Shown in pieces: positions 38,744 through 49,697 of a stretch of DNA of 64,000 bases; position 1 is the first letter of the stretch, and each line of letters begins with the position of its first letter. The DNA comes from an uncultured Pseudomonadota bacterium (GTDB taxonomy: Bacteria; Oederibacteriota; Muellerivitia; Muellerivitales; Muellerivitaceae). The notes below the pieces were generated by a model that searched no databases, was not told the DNA's origin, and was given only the letters and a program-made list of their open reading frames with translations. The position numbers and the translations under genes were made by a program. The stretch spans positions 480,001 through 544,000 of the forward strand of contig CAWIIP010000002.1 in assembly GCA_963836235.1 (NCBI GenBank). Reading direction: 5' to 3'.

Positions 38744-41368
38744 CTATTCTTCGATCTTTTTCTTCCACTCCCCCAATAGGTTCAAGGCATCCCGAGGGGT
38801 AAGGCCGTCCACATCCAGGCCCTTTAGTTCTTCCAGGATGGGATGCTTGGCCCCGGTGCCAAAGAAGGACAATTGGGGCATCGCCGGTTCTTCCGTTTCG
38901 GTCTTGGAAGGCGCCGGGGCTTCGGCGGTTTTGGAAAGGAAGGTTCCCGTTTCCAGGCTGGCCAAGATCTTCTTGGCCAGGGCCACGACTTCCTTGGGAA
39001 CTCCCGCCAAACGGGCTACCTGAATGCCGTAGCTCTTGTCCGTGCCGCCTTCCACGATCTTGCGCAGGAATAGAATCTGTTCGTTCCATTCCCGTACCGC
39101 GATATTAAAGTTCTTCACATTAGGGAATGTCCCTGACAATCGGGTCAGCTCATGGTAATGGGTGGCAAAAAGAGTGCGGGCCTTTAGCTTTTGGGCGATA
39201 TATTCCACCACCGCCCAGGCGATGGAAACCCCGTCGTAGGTGGAAGTACCCCGCCCCACCTCATCTAGGATGAGCAGGCTCTTGCTGGTCGCGTGGTTCA
39301 GTATATTAGCTGTCTCCACCATTTCGACCATGAAGGTGCTTTGGCCCTGGGTTAGGGCATCGGAAGCCCCCACCCGGGAAAAGATACGGTCCACGATACC
39401 CGCTTTCATCTGCTTGGCAGGCACATAAAATCCCACCTGAGCCATGAGGGAAAGCAGGGCCACTTGGCGAATGTAAGTGCTTTTGCCCGCCATATTGGGG
39501 CCTGTCAGGACGATGATTTCAGTGCCTTCCACACCCAAGTGGGTGTCGTTGGGAACGAACTTGTCCGAGGAAAGGATGCGGTCCAAAACCGGGTGCCGCC
39601 CATCCACAATCGAAAGCTCGGTGGAATCATCCACTTCGGGCCGCACATACCGGCCCCGGTCGGCCACCGCCGCCATACAGGAGAATGTGTCCAGTTCGGC
39701 GATGATGCGGGCCACCCGCTGAAGCCGGGAAAGTTCCTTGGCCACCTGGGAACGGATGCCCTCGAAGATTTCATATTCCAGGCGGTCGGCCTTGTCCTGG
39801 GCCCCTAAAACCTTGCCTTCCATTTCCTTGAGCTCAGGCGTAATAAAACGCTCGGCGTTGACCAGAGTCTGTTTGCGGTGGTAATCCTTGGGCACCTTAT
39901 CCAGGTTGGCCTTGGAAATTTCAATGTAATAGCCGAAGACCGAGGTATAGCGGACCTTGAGGGAGCCGATACCCGTGCGGGCCTTTTCCTTTTCTTCCAA
40001 TTGGGCGATCCAACTTTTGCCCTCGAGGGAGGCGCTCTTTAGCCCATCCAATTCCTTATGGTAACCCGCCTTGATCAGACCGCCTTCCTTGAGGGCCAAA
40101 GGAGGCTCATCGTGGATGGCTTTTTCCAACAATTGTTGGACTTCCTTCAGGTTGTCCCAAACCTCCACCCTTTCCTTGATGGCCTGGGCCTTGAAACCCG
40201 AAAGCACATGGTGAATCTTGGGCAAAAGTGAAAGGGTCGTGCGAAGAGCCACCATGTCCCGGGCGTTAGCCGTTCCACACCCGATGCGCCCCGACAGCCT
40301 TTCCAAATCCGACACCTCCCGGAAATGGTCCCTCAGGGTTTCCCGATCATCCTTGCGGGCCAAAAGCTCCTCAACCGCGTCCTGGCGCCGCTTGATCTGG
40401 GAAACCGAGGTCAAGGGGGTGATGAGCCATTGCCGCAAGAGGCGCCCTCCCATGGAAGTGACCGTCTCATCCAGCACGGAAAGAAGGGTGCCCTCCTTGC
40501 CGTCGTCCCTCATGGGCTTGATGATTTCCAGGTTCCGCTGGGTGGTGGCGTCTAGCACCATGCCCTCCCCCACTTGGAAGGTCGAAAGGGACACAAGGTG
40601 TGATAGGACGCTGTGGGTGGTCTCCTTGAGGTATTGCAGGATGGCCCCCGCCGCCCGCACCGCCTGGTCCTGCCCCGATAGGCCGAACCCGTCGAGGGAC
40701 TTGACCTGGAAATGCTCCTCGAGGATTTCCTTCCCTTCGTCGGTTGAGAACTTCCAATCCTCCATATGGGACCGTTTGGCCCCATTCACGGACTTCAAAA
40801 GCCGGCCCCACTCCTCAACCTCGGGTTGGGTTTGGGGCATGAGGATTTCGGAGGGGTTGAATTTCGAGAGTTCATTGGAAGCCACGGAAAATCGGTCGGG
40901 CCCTTGGAGTTCGCAGGCCTTGAATTCCCCCGTCGTCACATCCACCACGCCAATACCCAGGCCCTGGGCCGACGGCGCGAGGGCGACCAGGTAATTGTTG
41001 GACTTTTCTTCCAGCATGGAAGCCGACAGTATGGTGCCCGGAGTGATGACCCTCGCGATCTCCCGCTTCACCAGGCCCTTGGCCAAAGCCGGGTCTTCCA
41101 TTTGCTCGCAAATGGCGATGGAAAAGCCATTTTTGACCAGTTTCGAGATGTAATTGTCCGCCGCGTGGAAAGGGATGCCCGCCATGGGGACTTTCTGGTT
41201 ATTGCCCCCGGACCGGGCGGTCAGGGTGAGATGGAGAACCCGGGCCGCTGTTTTGGCGTCGTCGAAAAACATTTCGTAAAAATCGCCCAAACGAAAAAAG
41301 AGGATCTCCTCTTTATGGATCCTCTTCAAGTCGAGGTACTGCTTCATCATGGGCGTCAAATCATCCAT
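38744..41368 (-). CDS. mutS: DNA mismatch repair protein MutS
   Basis: TPMMKQY, FFRLGDFYEMF, TGPNMAGKSTY, STFMVEM, DEVGRGTST, FATHYHEL. Confidence 0.98.
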   Translation of the reverse strand: MDDLTPMMKQYLDLKRIHKEEILFFRLGDFYEMFFDDAKTAARVLHLTLTARSGGNNQKVPMAGIPFHAADNYISKLVKNGFSIAICEQMEDPALAKGLVKREIARVITPGTILSASMLEEKSNNYLVALAPSAQGLGIGVVDVTTGEFKACELQGPDRFSVASNELSKFNPSEILMPQTQPEVEEWGRLLKSVNGAKRSHMEDWKFSTDEGKEILEEHFQVKSLDGFGLSGQDQAVRAAGAILQYLKETTHSVLSHLVSLSTFQVGEGMVLDATTQRNLEIIKPMRDDGKEGTLLSVLDETVTSMGGRLLRQWLITPLTSVSQIKRRQDAVEELLARKDDRETLRDHFREVSDLERLSGRIGCGTANARDMVALRTTLSLLPKIHHVLSGFKAQAIKERVEVWDNLKEVQQLLEKAIHDEPPLALKEGGLIKAGYHKELDGLKSASLEGKSWIAQLEEKEKARTGIGSLKVRYTSVFGYYIEISKANLDKVPKDYHRKQTLVNAERFITPELKEMEGKVLGAQDKADRLEYEIFEGIRSQVAKELSRLQRVARIIAELDTFSCMAAVADRGRYVRPEVDDSTELSIVDGRHPVLDRILSSDKFVPNDTHLGVEGTEIIVLTGPNMAGKSTYIRQVALLSLMAQVGFYVPAKQMKAGIVDRIFSRVGASDALTQGQSTFMVEMVETANILNHATSKSLLILDEVGRGTSTYDGVSIAWAVVEYIAQKLKARTLFATHYHELTRLSGTFPNVKNFNIAVREWNEQILFLRKIVEGGTDKSYGIQVARLAGVPKEVVALAKKILASLETGTFLSKTAEAPAPSKTETEEPAMPQLSFFGTGAKHPILEELKGLDVDGLTPRDALNLLGEWKKKIEE

Positions 41369-41399
41369 TTAGCACCAAAAGAAAAGTCATATTTAAAAT

Positions 41400-41945
41400 T
41401 TATTTCTTGGGAGATTCATCGGAAGGATTATTTTTAACTGTGGGAACATTATTATTGCTTTCCGATTGAGTCGAAGGGGTCGGCTGTAGGTGATTTAAGG
41501 CGTTTTCCGCGCCTTTAAATCCCAGTTGGGCGGCCGCTTGATAATATTTTTTAGCCTCATCTAGATTTAAAGGCACGCCCCACCCGTTTTCATAACAACT
41601 TCCCAACAGAAATTCACTCCGTGGTTCCCCTTGATCCGCCGCCTTGTGGAACCACTTCGCCGCCTGTTCCTCGTCTAGCCTTACTCCCTGTCCGGTCAAA
41701 CAACAATAACCGGCGTGATATTCCCCTTCGGCGCTGCCGGCCTCGGCCGCGATCCGGAACCATTGGAACGCCTCGCCATATTTACCCATCTTTTGGGCAT
41801 CTAATCCTTTTTGAAGCATGCCGTCGGTCCCGCTTCCGGCGAAAACCACGGTTTTTCCTAAACCCATCAGGCAGACTGCCAAAATCAACACCAAAAATGC
41901 TCGTTTCATCATTGCTTCCTCCATTCCTTGGCTAAGGCCGTCCAC
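41400..41945 (-). CDS. Sel1-repeat protein
   Basis: AAKWFHKAADQG, LGSCYENGWGV; signal peptide after the internal MMKR start. Confidence 0.88.
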   Translation of the reverse strand: MDGLSQGMEEAMMKRAFLVLILAVCLMGLGKTVVFAGSGTDGMLQKGLDAQKMGKYGEAFQWFRIAAEAGSAEGEYHAGYCCLTGQGVRLDEEQAAKWFHKAADQGEPRSEFLLGSCYENGWGVPLNLDEAKKYYQAAAQLGFKGAENALNHLQPTPSTQSESNNNVPTVKNNPSDESPKK

Positions 41946-42010
41946 TAAAATTCCGTCGATCGAGTCCGTGATTCGCGTTTGACGGTTTAAAACTGTCGCT
42001 CAACTCACTC

Positions 42011-43189
42011 TTAGTCTTCAATCACAATGGCTTTTTCTTTGGTCTTGCGTGCCAGTTCCTTGGCGACTTTTTCGGCGGATGCGCGATCGGAAAAATGCCC
42101 CACCCTCACTTTATAGTAAGTGTAAGGGACGCCTACCTGTTTATCCGCAACCACATAAGAACCGTATCCGGCTTTCTTGATAAGTTTTCGGGTCTTATCC
42201 ACGTTAAATTTCTTCGAATAAACCCCCACTTGTACATGGAAAGGCTTGGAAACCATATCCGTTGGGATATTGTCCGAATCGGCCGTTGGAACCGATTCGA
42301 CGGTTTCGACCGTGGGAGTTGGTTGGACTAGAGCCGAAACAACCGTTGCGGTCGGCGCGGGAGCCTCGGCTTCCGTGGCATGCGGCAAATCCGCGTGCTG
42401 GCTTTCCAAGTCTCTCAGGCGTTCGCGGGCTTCGGCCACCTCAAAAGACTTGGGATATTGATCGATCAAAGTCTGGTAGGCGGCATGGGCTTCCTTCCAT
42501 TTCTTCTCCGCCTCATAGGTTTGCCCCAGCCTCAGGTAAACCAAATTCAATTCATCGTAAAGATGATATTGGTCGAGAATTCTCAAATATTGGTTCCGCG
42601 CGTCGGAATATTTTTTCATTTTGAAATAGGCGGTTCCCATTCCCAGGAGCGACTTGGGAGCCCAGGGGCTGTCTTTGGCGCCGTTCATAACTTTTTTAAA
42701 CTGGTCGGCCGCTTCCTTATTTGCGTCTAAGGCCAAGAGAGAAGAAGCGTACCAATAGTGGATCTCAGGCAAAGAGGCGCTTTTGGGATAATTGTCGAGG
42801 AACTCCTTATAGCTTTCGGCGGCATCCGCGTACTTATCCGCCAGGTAATAACGGGCCCCCAAATCCTTTTGGGCCTCTTCCCCTTCCGGTCTCGCGTTAT
42901 ATTCAGCCGCCAGATCCTTGAATTGGACGATGGAAATGTTGAAATCCTCTTGAAGGTTGGCCAAAAGCAAGCGGGCCTTGGGGATGAAATCATCCATGGG
43001 GTGCTTGGCCACCAATTGATTCAGGATATCCTTGGATTCCTGGTAATTCTTTTGGTCGAATAGTTTTTGGGCTTTTTCAAAGAGGGAGTGGGTATCCTCC
43101 GGGGTGGCGGTAGGGTCCGGCATCCCTTCCGAAGCCCGGAGGAGACAGGGACCGGCGCAAAACAAAAGAACTAAAATATTTTTTTTCAT
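42011..43189 (-). CDS. Periplasmic TPR protein with C-terminal SPOR domain
   Basis: Signal peptide, YPKS TPR repeats, FHVQVGVYS...YKVRVGHF. Confidence 0.85.
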   Translation of the reverse strand: MKKNILVLLFCAGPCLLRASEGMPDPTATPEDTHSLFEKAQKLFDQKNYQESKDILNQLVAKHPMDDFIPKARLLLANLQEDFNISIVQFKDLAAEYNARPEGEEAQKDLGARYYLADKYADAAESYKEFLDNYPKSASLPEIHYWYASSLLALDANKEAADQFKKVMNGAKDSPWAPKSLLGMGTAYFKMKKYSDARNQYLRILDQYHLYDELNLVYLRLGQTYEAEKKWKEAHAAYQTLIDQYPKSFEVAEARERLRDLESQHADLPHATEAEAPAPTATVVSALVQPTPTVETVESVPTADSDNIPTDMVSKPFHVQVGVYSKKFNVDKTRKLIKKAGYGSYVVADKQVGVPYTYYKVRVGHFSDRASAEKVAKELARKTKEKAIVIED

Positions 43190-43201
43190 GAACCCTCTCG
43201 A

Positions 43202-44557
43202 TTATCGGGAATGAACAATGGAGCCGAAGAGATTAGCGACCTTGTGGCTTTCAATCTTCACAAAAACTTTATCCCCCGCTTTGTACCCGGCTCCTGGAAA
43301 GACAACCGTCCGGTTTTGGCGGCTTTTGCCGTAAAAAGCGTCGGGCGTCTTATCCGCCGGTCCTTCCACCAGCACTTCCTCAACCTTGCCGAGACGGGCC
43401 TCACAGCTTTCTGAGGCATGCTTCCAAGCCTTTTCGTTCAGCCGGGATAATCGCTCGTCTTTCACCTCTTCCGGTACTTGGTCCAGCATCCGAGCCGCTG
43501 GGGTACCGATACGGGGTGAGTATTTAAAACTGTAAACGGCGTCGTAATGAACTTGGTCCAACAAATCCAATGTGCCCTGGAAATCCTCTTCGGTTTCTCC
43601 GGGGAACCCAATAATGAGATCCGTCGTAATAAAAAGATCCTTAATACAGGATTTGAGTTTTTGGACCCTTTCCAAGTAATGGGCTACGCTGTATTTGCGG
43701 CTCATCCGTTTCAACACTTTGTCCGATCCGCATTGCACCGGCAGGTGGATGGATTCGCAGATCGATGGCAGTCTCGACATCACTTCGACTAGCTCATCGG
43801 ATAAATCCAATGGGTGGGAAGTCATAAAACGCACTCGCTCAATCCCTTTCACCCCGCCGACTTGCTTCAGAAGTTCAGGGAAGGTGATGACCTTTCCCTT
43901 GGTCTTCAACCCCAGCCCATAGGAATTCACGTTTTGGCCCAAGAGCATGACTTCTTTCACTCCCGCTGCGGCAATCCTTGTGATTTCATCAAGAATATTC
44001 TCCGCGGGGCGGGAAACCTCGCGGCCCCGGGTAAAGGGAACCACACAAAAGGTGCAAAACTTATCACAGCCCTTCATGATTTCAATAAAGGCCCGGTGGG
44101 GTTGGGATAGCCGAGAAGGATCATTTTCCGGAAAATAAATCGGGTCAAAATCCGCCAACACCTGGCTCTTACCTGTTCCAGAAGCCGCTCGGATTACTTG
44201 GGGAACTTTCAAATACTGGTCCGGCCCGACCACCATGTCCAGGTGGGGCGCCCTTTCCATCAATTGGTCTTTGTAGCTGGTGGCCATACAGCCCAGGACG
44301 CCGATAACCCGTCCCTCTTTGCCACGCTTCCATTCGGCCAACTGGCCCAGGCGGGAAAAGACTTTGTGCTCGGCGTGCTCACGGATAGAACAGGTGTTGA
44401 AGAGGATGACGTCCGCGTCCTCCAACGTTCGGGTGAACGAAAAATCGTCTTTCAGGAGCAGTCCCGCCACATGGTCCGACTCCAGGACGTTGGATTGGCA
44501 CCCGAAGGTTTCCATAAAAACCTTCTTTTCTTTTGTTTTTCCGATCAAAGCTTCCAT
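43202..44557 (-). CDS. miaB: tRNA-2-methylthio-N6-dimethylallyladenosine synthase
   Basis: TFGCQ, NTCSIRE, CDKFCTFC radical-SAM motif, C-terminal TRAM. Confidence 0.95.
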   Translation of the reverse strand: MEALIGKTKEKKVFMETFGCQSNVLESDHVAGLLLKDDFSFTRTLEDADVILFNTCSIREHAEHKVFSRLGQLAEWKRGKEGRVIGVLGCMATSYKDQLMERAPHLDMVVGPDQYLKVPQVIRAASGTGKSQVLADFDPIYFPENDPSRLSQPHRAFIEIMKGCDKFCTFCVVPFTRGREVSRPAENILDEITRIAAAGVKEVMLLGQNVNSYGLGLKTKGKVITFPELLKQVGGVKGIERVRFMTSHPLDLSDELVEVMSRLPSICESIHLPVQCGSDKVLKRMSRKYSVAHYLERVQKLKSCIKDLFITTDLIIGFPGETEEDFQGTLDLLDQVHYDAVYSFKYSPRIGTPAARMLDQVPEEVKDERLSRLNEKAWKHASESCEARLGKVEEVLVEGPADKTPDAFYGKSRQNRTVVFPGAGYKAGDKVFVKIESHKVANLFGSIVHSR

Positions 44558-44708
44558 GTTTTTCCTGTTCTTAAGTGTAAAGGGGTTTGATTTTACAGGA
44601 TGAGGTAAAAGTCTTAAAGGAGGACTTTACATCAATGTTCAGTAAATTCCCTTATTTACCTGTTTTGGGAAACAGCCCAGCGTTTCTCCAAGCTACGGAA
44701 ACAACCGG

Positions 44709-45005
44709 TTATCGGTGATGCATGATCAACAAAGCAAGCAATAGGGCAAAGAGGATGACGCAAAACCGAAGGACCCACCGGGCGTTGTTCGGGGAAAAGC
44801 GGGCTCCCCGGAAACCAGGCTTTCCAGATATTCGAGTTTCCAACCGGTCTTTCAGCTGAAAAACGTTTCCTTCCTCATCATAAACCAGGGGTAGGTTGGC
44901 GCCGCAACGGCCGCAAATTTTGTTGTCGGGTATATTCATGGCCCCGCACCGAAGGCACTCCACATCATTATTCCTGCGGGGTTTGGAAAGAATCGTTTCC
45001 GGCAC
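44709..45005 (-). CDS. Zinc-ribbon membrane protein
   Basis: CLRCG...CGRCG, C-terminal TM. Confidence 0.65.
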   Translation of the reverse strand: MPETILSKPRRNNDVECLRCGAMNIPDNKICGRCGANLPLVYDEEGNVFQLKDRLETRISGKPGFRGARFSPNNARWVLRFCVILFALLLALLIMHHR

Positions 45006-45010
45006 GGGTT

Positions 45011-46267
45011 TTATTTGAGCGTCGAAAGACGGGTGAGGACCAACCCCACTTTCTTCGCTTCTTCGATCATTTTTTTCTGGGTGAAAACCGCCTGAAGTTT
45101 TTTGTAGAGATCGATGACTTCCTGCTTTTTTCCCAATTTCAAATAAATCTCAGCTTTTTTCTTCAGGACTTCGATATTGTCCGGCTCCAGGGCCAGGATG
45201 GAATCAAAATAACCGAAAGCCAAATCCACCTTATTTTCCTTCAGCGCACCCATCGCCAGGTTTAAATAAATTTGCAGTGCCTCGGACCTTTTACCCACTT
45301 GCAATAGTATCCGGGCCAAACGAGGCTGGAGTTTAGCGTCATCGGGACGCTTCTGAAGGAGGCTCGCAATGTGGCTTTGGGCAGCGTTCCAATCTTTAAT
45401 TTCTTCCGAAAGAGCCAATAATTGTTCCAGCAAGGCGTCATCGTCCGGCTTTTCTTTGAAGAGCGCCTCTAATTGTTGCTTAGCCTCGGCGGGCTTCTTC
45501 AGGGCCATGAAAGTCTTCGCCAAAAGGAGTTTTAAATCCTCTCGGCCTGCTTGGCTAGCCGCCTCAATGGCGTTTTTGGCTTCCTCGTACTGCCCAGCAT
45601 CGAAAGCTAGCTGGGCAAGTTTTCCGTAATATCGGGCGACGGCCTCCAACTCCCCCTTCTGCTTGGCTAAAACCGCCAGCAAACGGAGAGTATCGATACC
45701 TTCCGGGTCGACAAGGGAGAGCTTCCCCGCGTAGTTTTGCGCCATGTCCAGGCGCCCCTCGGAAAGGTGGATATCCGCGACAGCCTTCAATTGGCCTGCC
45801 GCTTCTGAAACCATGGCGTTCTCCAAAAACAAGTTGGCCAGCTTATCCCGATAGGAAAAATTGATGGGTTCCGCCGCGATCAACTGTTGGTAAAAAGCAA
45901 CGGCCTCGTCCAAGCGGCCTTCGGCGGCCAAACGGTCGGCTTCCTGGGTCTTCGTGATGGAAAGGAAAAACTGCTTTTGCTTGATGTCCATGCGATCGGG
46001 GGATAATTTGGCGATCTTTCTCTCGATGGAAGCGATTTTGTTGGATTGGCCCTGCTTTTCGTAGATTTCTTTGGACTTCAAGTAAGCCTGAAAGGCGTCA
46101 GCATCGTCCTTTTTCTTGGCATAGGCGTCGCCCATCATATTGTGGACATGGGCATCTTGGGGATCGAACGTTAATAGTTTTTTGTATTCTTCAATGGCTT
46201 TATACCATTCCTCACCTTGGACGTAGAGAAAAGCCATCTTGACGATCATCACTTTATCATCTGACAT
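45011..46267 (-). CDS. TPR-repeat protein
   Basis: Repeated TPR helices (DPQDAHVH, LEPDNIEVL). Confidence 0.85.
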   Translation of the reverse strand: MSDDKVMIVKMAFLYVQGEEWYKAIEEYKKLLTFDPQDAHVHNMMGDAYAKKKDDADAFQAYLKSKEIYEKQGQSNKIASIERKIAKLSPDRMDIKQKQFFLSITKTQEADRLAAEGRLDEAVAFYQQLIAAEPINFSYRDKLANLFLENAMVSEAAGQLKAVADIHLSEGRLDMAQNYAGKLSLVDPEGIDTLRLLAVLAKQKGELEAVARYYGKLAQLAFDAGQYEEAKNAIEAASQAGREDLKLLLAKTFMALKKPAEAKQQLEALFKEKPDDDALLEQLLALSEEIKDWNAAQSHIASLLQKRPDDAKLQPRLARILLQVGKRSEALQIYLNLAMGALKENKVDLAFGYFDSILALEPDNIEVLKKKAEIYLKLGKKQEVIDLYKKLQAVFTQKKMIEEAKKVGLVLTRLSTLK

Positions 46268-46383
46268 GTAAAGTCCTTATGAACCACCAGGAACCTGAGT
46301 TGTAAAGTAAAGAAACGTTACTTAAAACCATTTTTCAACCTTCCTGTACTTGCATCTTAATGGCAAGGTTTGCGCTTGGAATA

Positions 46384-48000
46384 TCAAGATTTCAACCCTT
46401 GAACACTGTAGGCCACTACCTTGTCTGTCTTGCCTTTGACTTTAATAGGATCCAGCATGACGACGTCCACTTTGTGTTTAACTTTTTCATAAGTCGAAGC
46501 CGAAATCAGGATTTGTCCCTTTTCCGCGACCGATTCGAGTCTCTGGGTCAGGTTGACGTTATCGCCGATGGCTGTATATTCCATCCTCTCGTTGGATCCG
46601 ATATTGCCCACGACGACTTCACCCGTGTTGATACCGATCCCAATGTTCACTTCCCGCTTTCCTTCCATCTTCCACTTGGCCTGGAGTTCCGTCATTTTTC
46701 GGCTCATTTCAATCGCCGCTAACACCGCCCGCTCCGCGTGGTCAGGCATTTCGATGGGCGCCCCATAGACAGCCATGATAGCGTCGCCCATGAATTTATC
46801 CAATGTCCCTTCGTATTTAAAGATGATCGCGGTCATGGCCGTGAAATACTCATTCAGCAATTGGACCACTTCCTCGGCGCTCAAGACCTCGGACATCGGG
46901 GTGAACCCCCGAATGTCAGAAAAGAAAACTGTCACCACTTTTTTCTCGCCACCCAGTTTCAAACCATCCCGGTGTTGTAGGATACGGTCCACCACGCTTT
47001 TGGTGACATATTTGGAGAAAGCGCCCTTGATGACTTCCTTTTCCCGGAGGGACTTAGCCATGTCGTTGAAGGCGTCGGTAAGGTCACCCAACTCATCGGA
47101 GCGCCTGATATTGATTTTTTGGTCGAAATTGCCCGCGGCGATGGCGGATACGCCTTTCACCAAAAGGCGAATCGGCTTGATCAAAATCGTTACGAAAACC
47201 ATCATAACGAGAATGCCTAAAATCAGGACACCCAGGGTGCTGAGAATGATGGCCACCGCCACGTAACGCACAACCCGCGTAATAATATTTTGGTTCATCC
47301 CCAAATGAACTTCGCCGATTTTGATGGCTTTCCCGTCTCCCGTGACATTGATGGGCGCGGCGATGTCATAAATCAGGCGGCCATGATCCTGGAAAGTCTG
47401 GACGAGGATGGAATCCGAGTCGGCCATGGCACGGACCCCTTCGGGCGGCATATAGGTATCATGCTGAATGTATTTTTGGATATCGCCCTTAAGGTCGGAA
47501 TAAGCCTCGTATTTATTGTTCCTATCGAGAACAAATGAATACTCGGTATTGCCGCGCTTGGTATTTTCACCGTCGGGCCAGAGATATTTTTGGACATCTT
47601 CATTATAAGTATTGATAAAACCCAGTATTTGTTGCTCCCAGGGGGTCAAATCCGATGGGATATTCTGGTCGGACTGGCTGGACTCCATCTTGACGGCATC
47701 GTTCACGAATTGCATCAAGGTCAGAGAAGGGTCGCTCGTTTGGGAAACCGGCTGATTGAGTTGGAGGACCAAATCCCCGCTATTTAATGCCAGGCTTCGG
47801 ACCTGCGACTCTCCGCCGTAAACCACTTGCTGGACGAGTGTTTGTTTCATTTGGCTGAGAACCAACCAGGTCACACCTACCATGACCACGAAGATCAACA
47901 AAGTCATTACCAGGATAAATTTTACGCGGAGGGAAAAAAGGTGGTGCTTATGCCCCATCATCCCTGAAGAGCCTGGATTCTTAAGTGCAAACTGGCTCAA
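46384..48000 (-). CDS. Membrane adenylate/guanylate cyclase with HAMP domain
   Basis: 2 TM, HAMP (DELGDL..AFNDM), FSDIRGFT, DKFMGDA, YTAIGDNVN; K/T-type specificity residues suggest adenylate cyclase. Confidence 0.92.
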   Translation of the reverse strand: MSQFALKNPGSSGMMGHKHHLFSLRVKFILVMTLLIFVVMVGVTWLVLSQMKQTLVQQVVYGGESQVRSLALNSGDLVLQLNQPVSQTSDPSLTLMQFVNDAVKMESSQSDQNIPSDLTPWEQQILGFINTYNEDVQKYLWPDGENTKRGNTEYSFVLDRNNKYEAYSDLKGDIQKYIQHDTYMPPEGVRAMADSDSILVQTFQDHGRLIYDIAAPINVTGDGKAIKIGEVHLGMNQNIITRVVRYVAVAIILSTLGVLILGILVMMVFVTILIKPIRLLVKGVSAIAAGNFDQKINIRRSDELGDLTDAFNDMAKSLREKEVIKGAFSKYVTKSVVDRILQHRDGLKLGGEKKVVTVFFSDIRGFTPMSEVLSAEEVVQLLNEYFTAMTAIIFKYEGTLDKFMGDAIMAVYGAPIEMPDHAERAVLAAIEMSRKMTELQAKWKMEGKREVNIGIGINTGEVVVGNIGSNERMEYTAIGDNVNLTQRLESVAEKGQILISASTYEKVKHKVDVVMLDPIKVKGKTDKVVAYSVQGLKS

Positions 48001-48050
48001 AAAGGCTCCCCTGAGGATGTTTGAACGAATAGGGTTGACAAGATTGGCCT

Positions 48051-48079
48051 ACTATAAACAAGCGATTTTAGCCTGTCAA
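48051..48079 (-). promoter_or_regulatory. Sigma70 promoter of the cyclase operon
   Basis: TTGACA-17 bp-TATAGT. Confidence 0.6.
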
Positions 48080-48110
48080 ATGTAACGGAATATACTGGAG
48101 TGAAATCGTT

Positions 48111-48788
48111 CTAGGAAGTGGACTCAGGAACAGAACTGGGATCCACAGGAGGTTCGGTATTGGATAAATCATTTTCCATCGCAGGAGCCAATCCTAATTT
48201 AGTCTCCCGACGGCGCAATTCCCCCTCCATTTCTTTCAGGAACTCGGGAGAAGGTTTATCACCGGCCAATTCCTGGATTTCCGAAATTTTGGGTAGGTCG
48301 GATAAATCTTTCAAACCAAAATGAATCAAAAACTCATGGGTCGTCGCGTAAAGCAAGGGCCGGCCTGGAGTCTCTGCCCTTCCCAAAATTCGGATCATTT
48401 TTTTCTCCAAAAGCGATTGGATCAAGTTGCTCACTTCGACCCCACGAATTGCCTCCACTTCGGCCCGGGTGACCGGCTGCTTATAAGCGATGATGGCCAG
48501 AGCTTCCAAGGCGGCCTTGGAAAGCCGGGTTTTCGAAATAACCTTGTAAAGTTCCTTGGCCCACTTATGAAACTCAGGGCGTGTCACGAGTTGGAACCCT
48601 TCGGCAATTTGGATGACTTGGAAACTGCGGTTCATCCCATTGATCTCTTCTTGGAGCGTGGCTAAGGCCTGTTGGACTTCTTCGAGAGTTGTGTCCTTCA
48701 CAAATGAAAAAATTTTCTTTGGCGTAAGCGGGATTTCACTCACAAAAAGCAGGCTCTCGAGAACTTTTTTAAGTTTGTCTAATTCCAT
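48111..48788 (-). CDS. scpB: SMC-Scp complex subunit ScpB
   Basis: LSKAALEALAIIAYKQPVTRAEVEAIRGV, PGRPLLYATT..FL..FGL. Confidence 0.95.
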   Translation of the reverse strand: MELDKLKKVLESLLFVSEIPLTPKKIFSFVKDTTLEEVQQALATLQEEINGMNRSFQVIQIAEGFQLVTRPEFHKWAKELYKVISKTRLSKAALEALAIIAYKQPVTRAEVEAIRGVEVSNLIQSLLEKKMIRILGRAETPGRPLLYATTHEFLIHFGLKDLSDLPKISEIQELAGDKPSPEFLKEMEGELRRRETKLGLAPAMENDLSNTEPPVDPSSVPESTS

Positions 48789-48842
48789 AGGTCCGATTTT
48801 CCTCCGTATTACTTATTATTGATAACCTTCAGTTGAACTGGA

Positions 48843-49697
48843 TTAAGACCCGCCTGAAGGATTCCCCGGTGTTTCTGTCAGGATCAAATGAACTTCAATT
48901 TCTCCGAAAACCTTGTCTTGAAAAACCCGCACTAACTTCAATCGAATCATTTCCAGCAAGGCCAAAAGAGCCACGATCTTTTCGATTTTAGTCCGACAAG
49001 CGGTCAAAAATGGGCGAAAAACGATCTTTTGATCGCTTTGAAGTAAATCCATTAAATCATTGATCTTTTGACTGACGGTTATTTCTGGCCGGGTCAATTC
49101 GGCGGTCACATCTTCCTGGGTGTGAATGAGGACGTCTTTAAAGGCCGCCAAAAGGCCAAAAAGCGTAACCTCTTCCAAGTGTTCTTCCTCTCCCACTTCT
49201 TTCATGTCAATCGGCACATTCCGGGGAAAAAGATGATGCTTATTTTTTTCCATGTCCAAAAGTTGGTCTGCGGCGTCCTTAAACTTTTTATACTCGATCA
49301 ACCGCCGCATCAATTCCAAACGGGGGTCCTCTTCGGGTTGGTCGGGGGTAGGATCCACGGGTAGAAGCATTCGGCTCTTGATTTGCATAAGTGTGGCGGC
49401 CATCACCAGGAAATCACCGGCAATTTCTAAATTGAGAGACTGCATAATTTCAATGTAAGCTAGGTATTCTTTGGTGATTTTGGAGATCGGTATATCGTAG
49501 ATATCCAGTTCATGCTCCTTGATAAGATGAAGGAGCAAATCCATAGGCCCGTCGAAATAGGGCAAGGTGATTTGATAAGTGGGACGTTGGTCTTCCTGGT
49601 TGATGATTTCCTTAATCGTAACGTTGGTGATAGAAGCGGAAGCGGAAACAGCTACCGGTTCAATGGCGCTGTGATTCTCCGAGTTGATTTCAGTCAT
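48843..49697 (-). CDS. scpA: Segregation and condensation protein ScpA
   Basis: FDGPMDLLLHLI, FLVMAATLMQIKSRMLLP, LALLEM. Confidence 0.95.
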   Translation of the reverse strand: MTEINSENHSAIEPVAVSASASITNVTIKEIINQEDQRPTYQITLPYFDGPMDLLLHLIKEHELDIYDIPISKITKEYLAYIEIMQSLNLEIAGDFLVMAATLMQIKSRMLLPVDPTPDQPEEDPRLELMRRLIEYKKFKDAADQLLDMEKNKHHLFPRNVPIDMKEVGEEEHLEEVTLFGLLAAFKDVLIHTQEDVTAELTRPEITVSQKINDLMDLLQSDQKIVFRPFLTACRTKIEKIVALLALLEMIRLKLVRVFQDKVFGEIEVHLILTETPGNPSGGS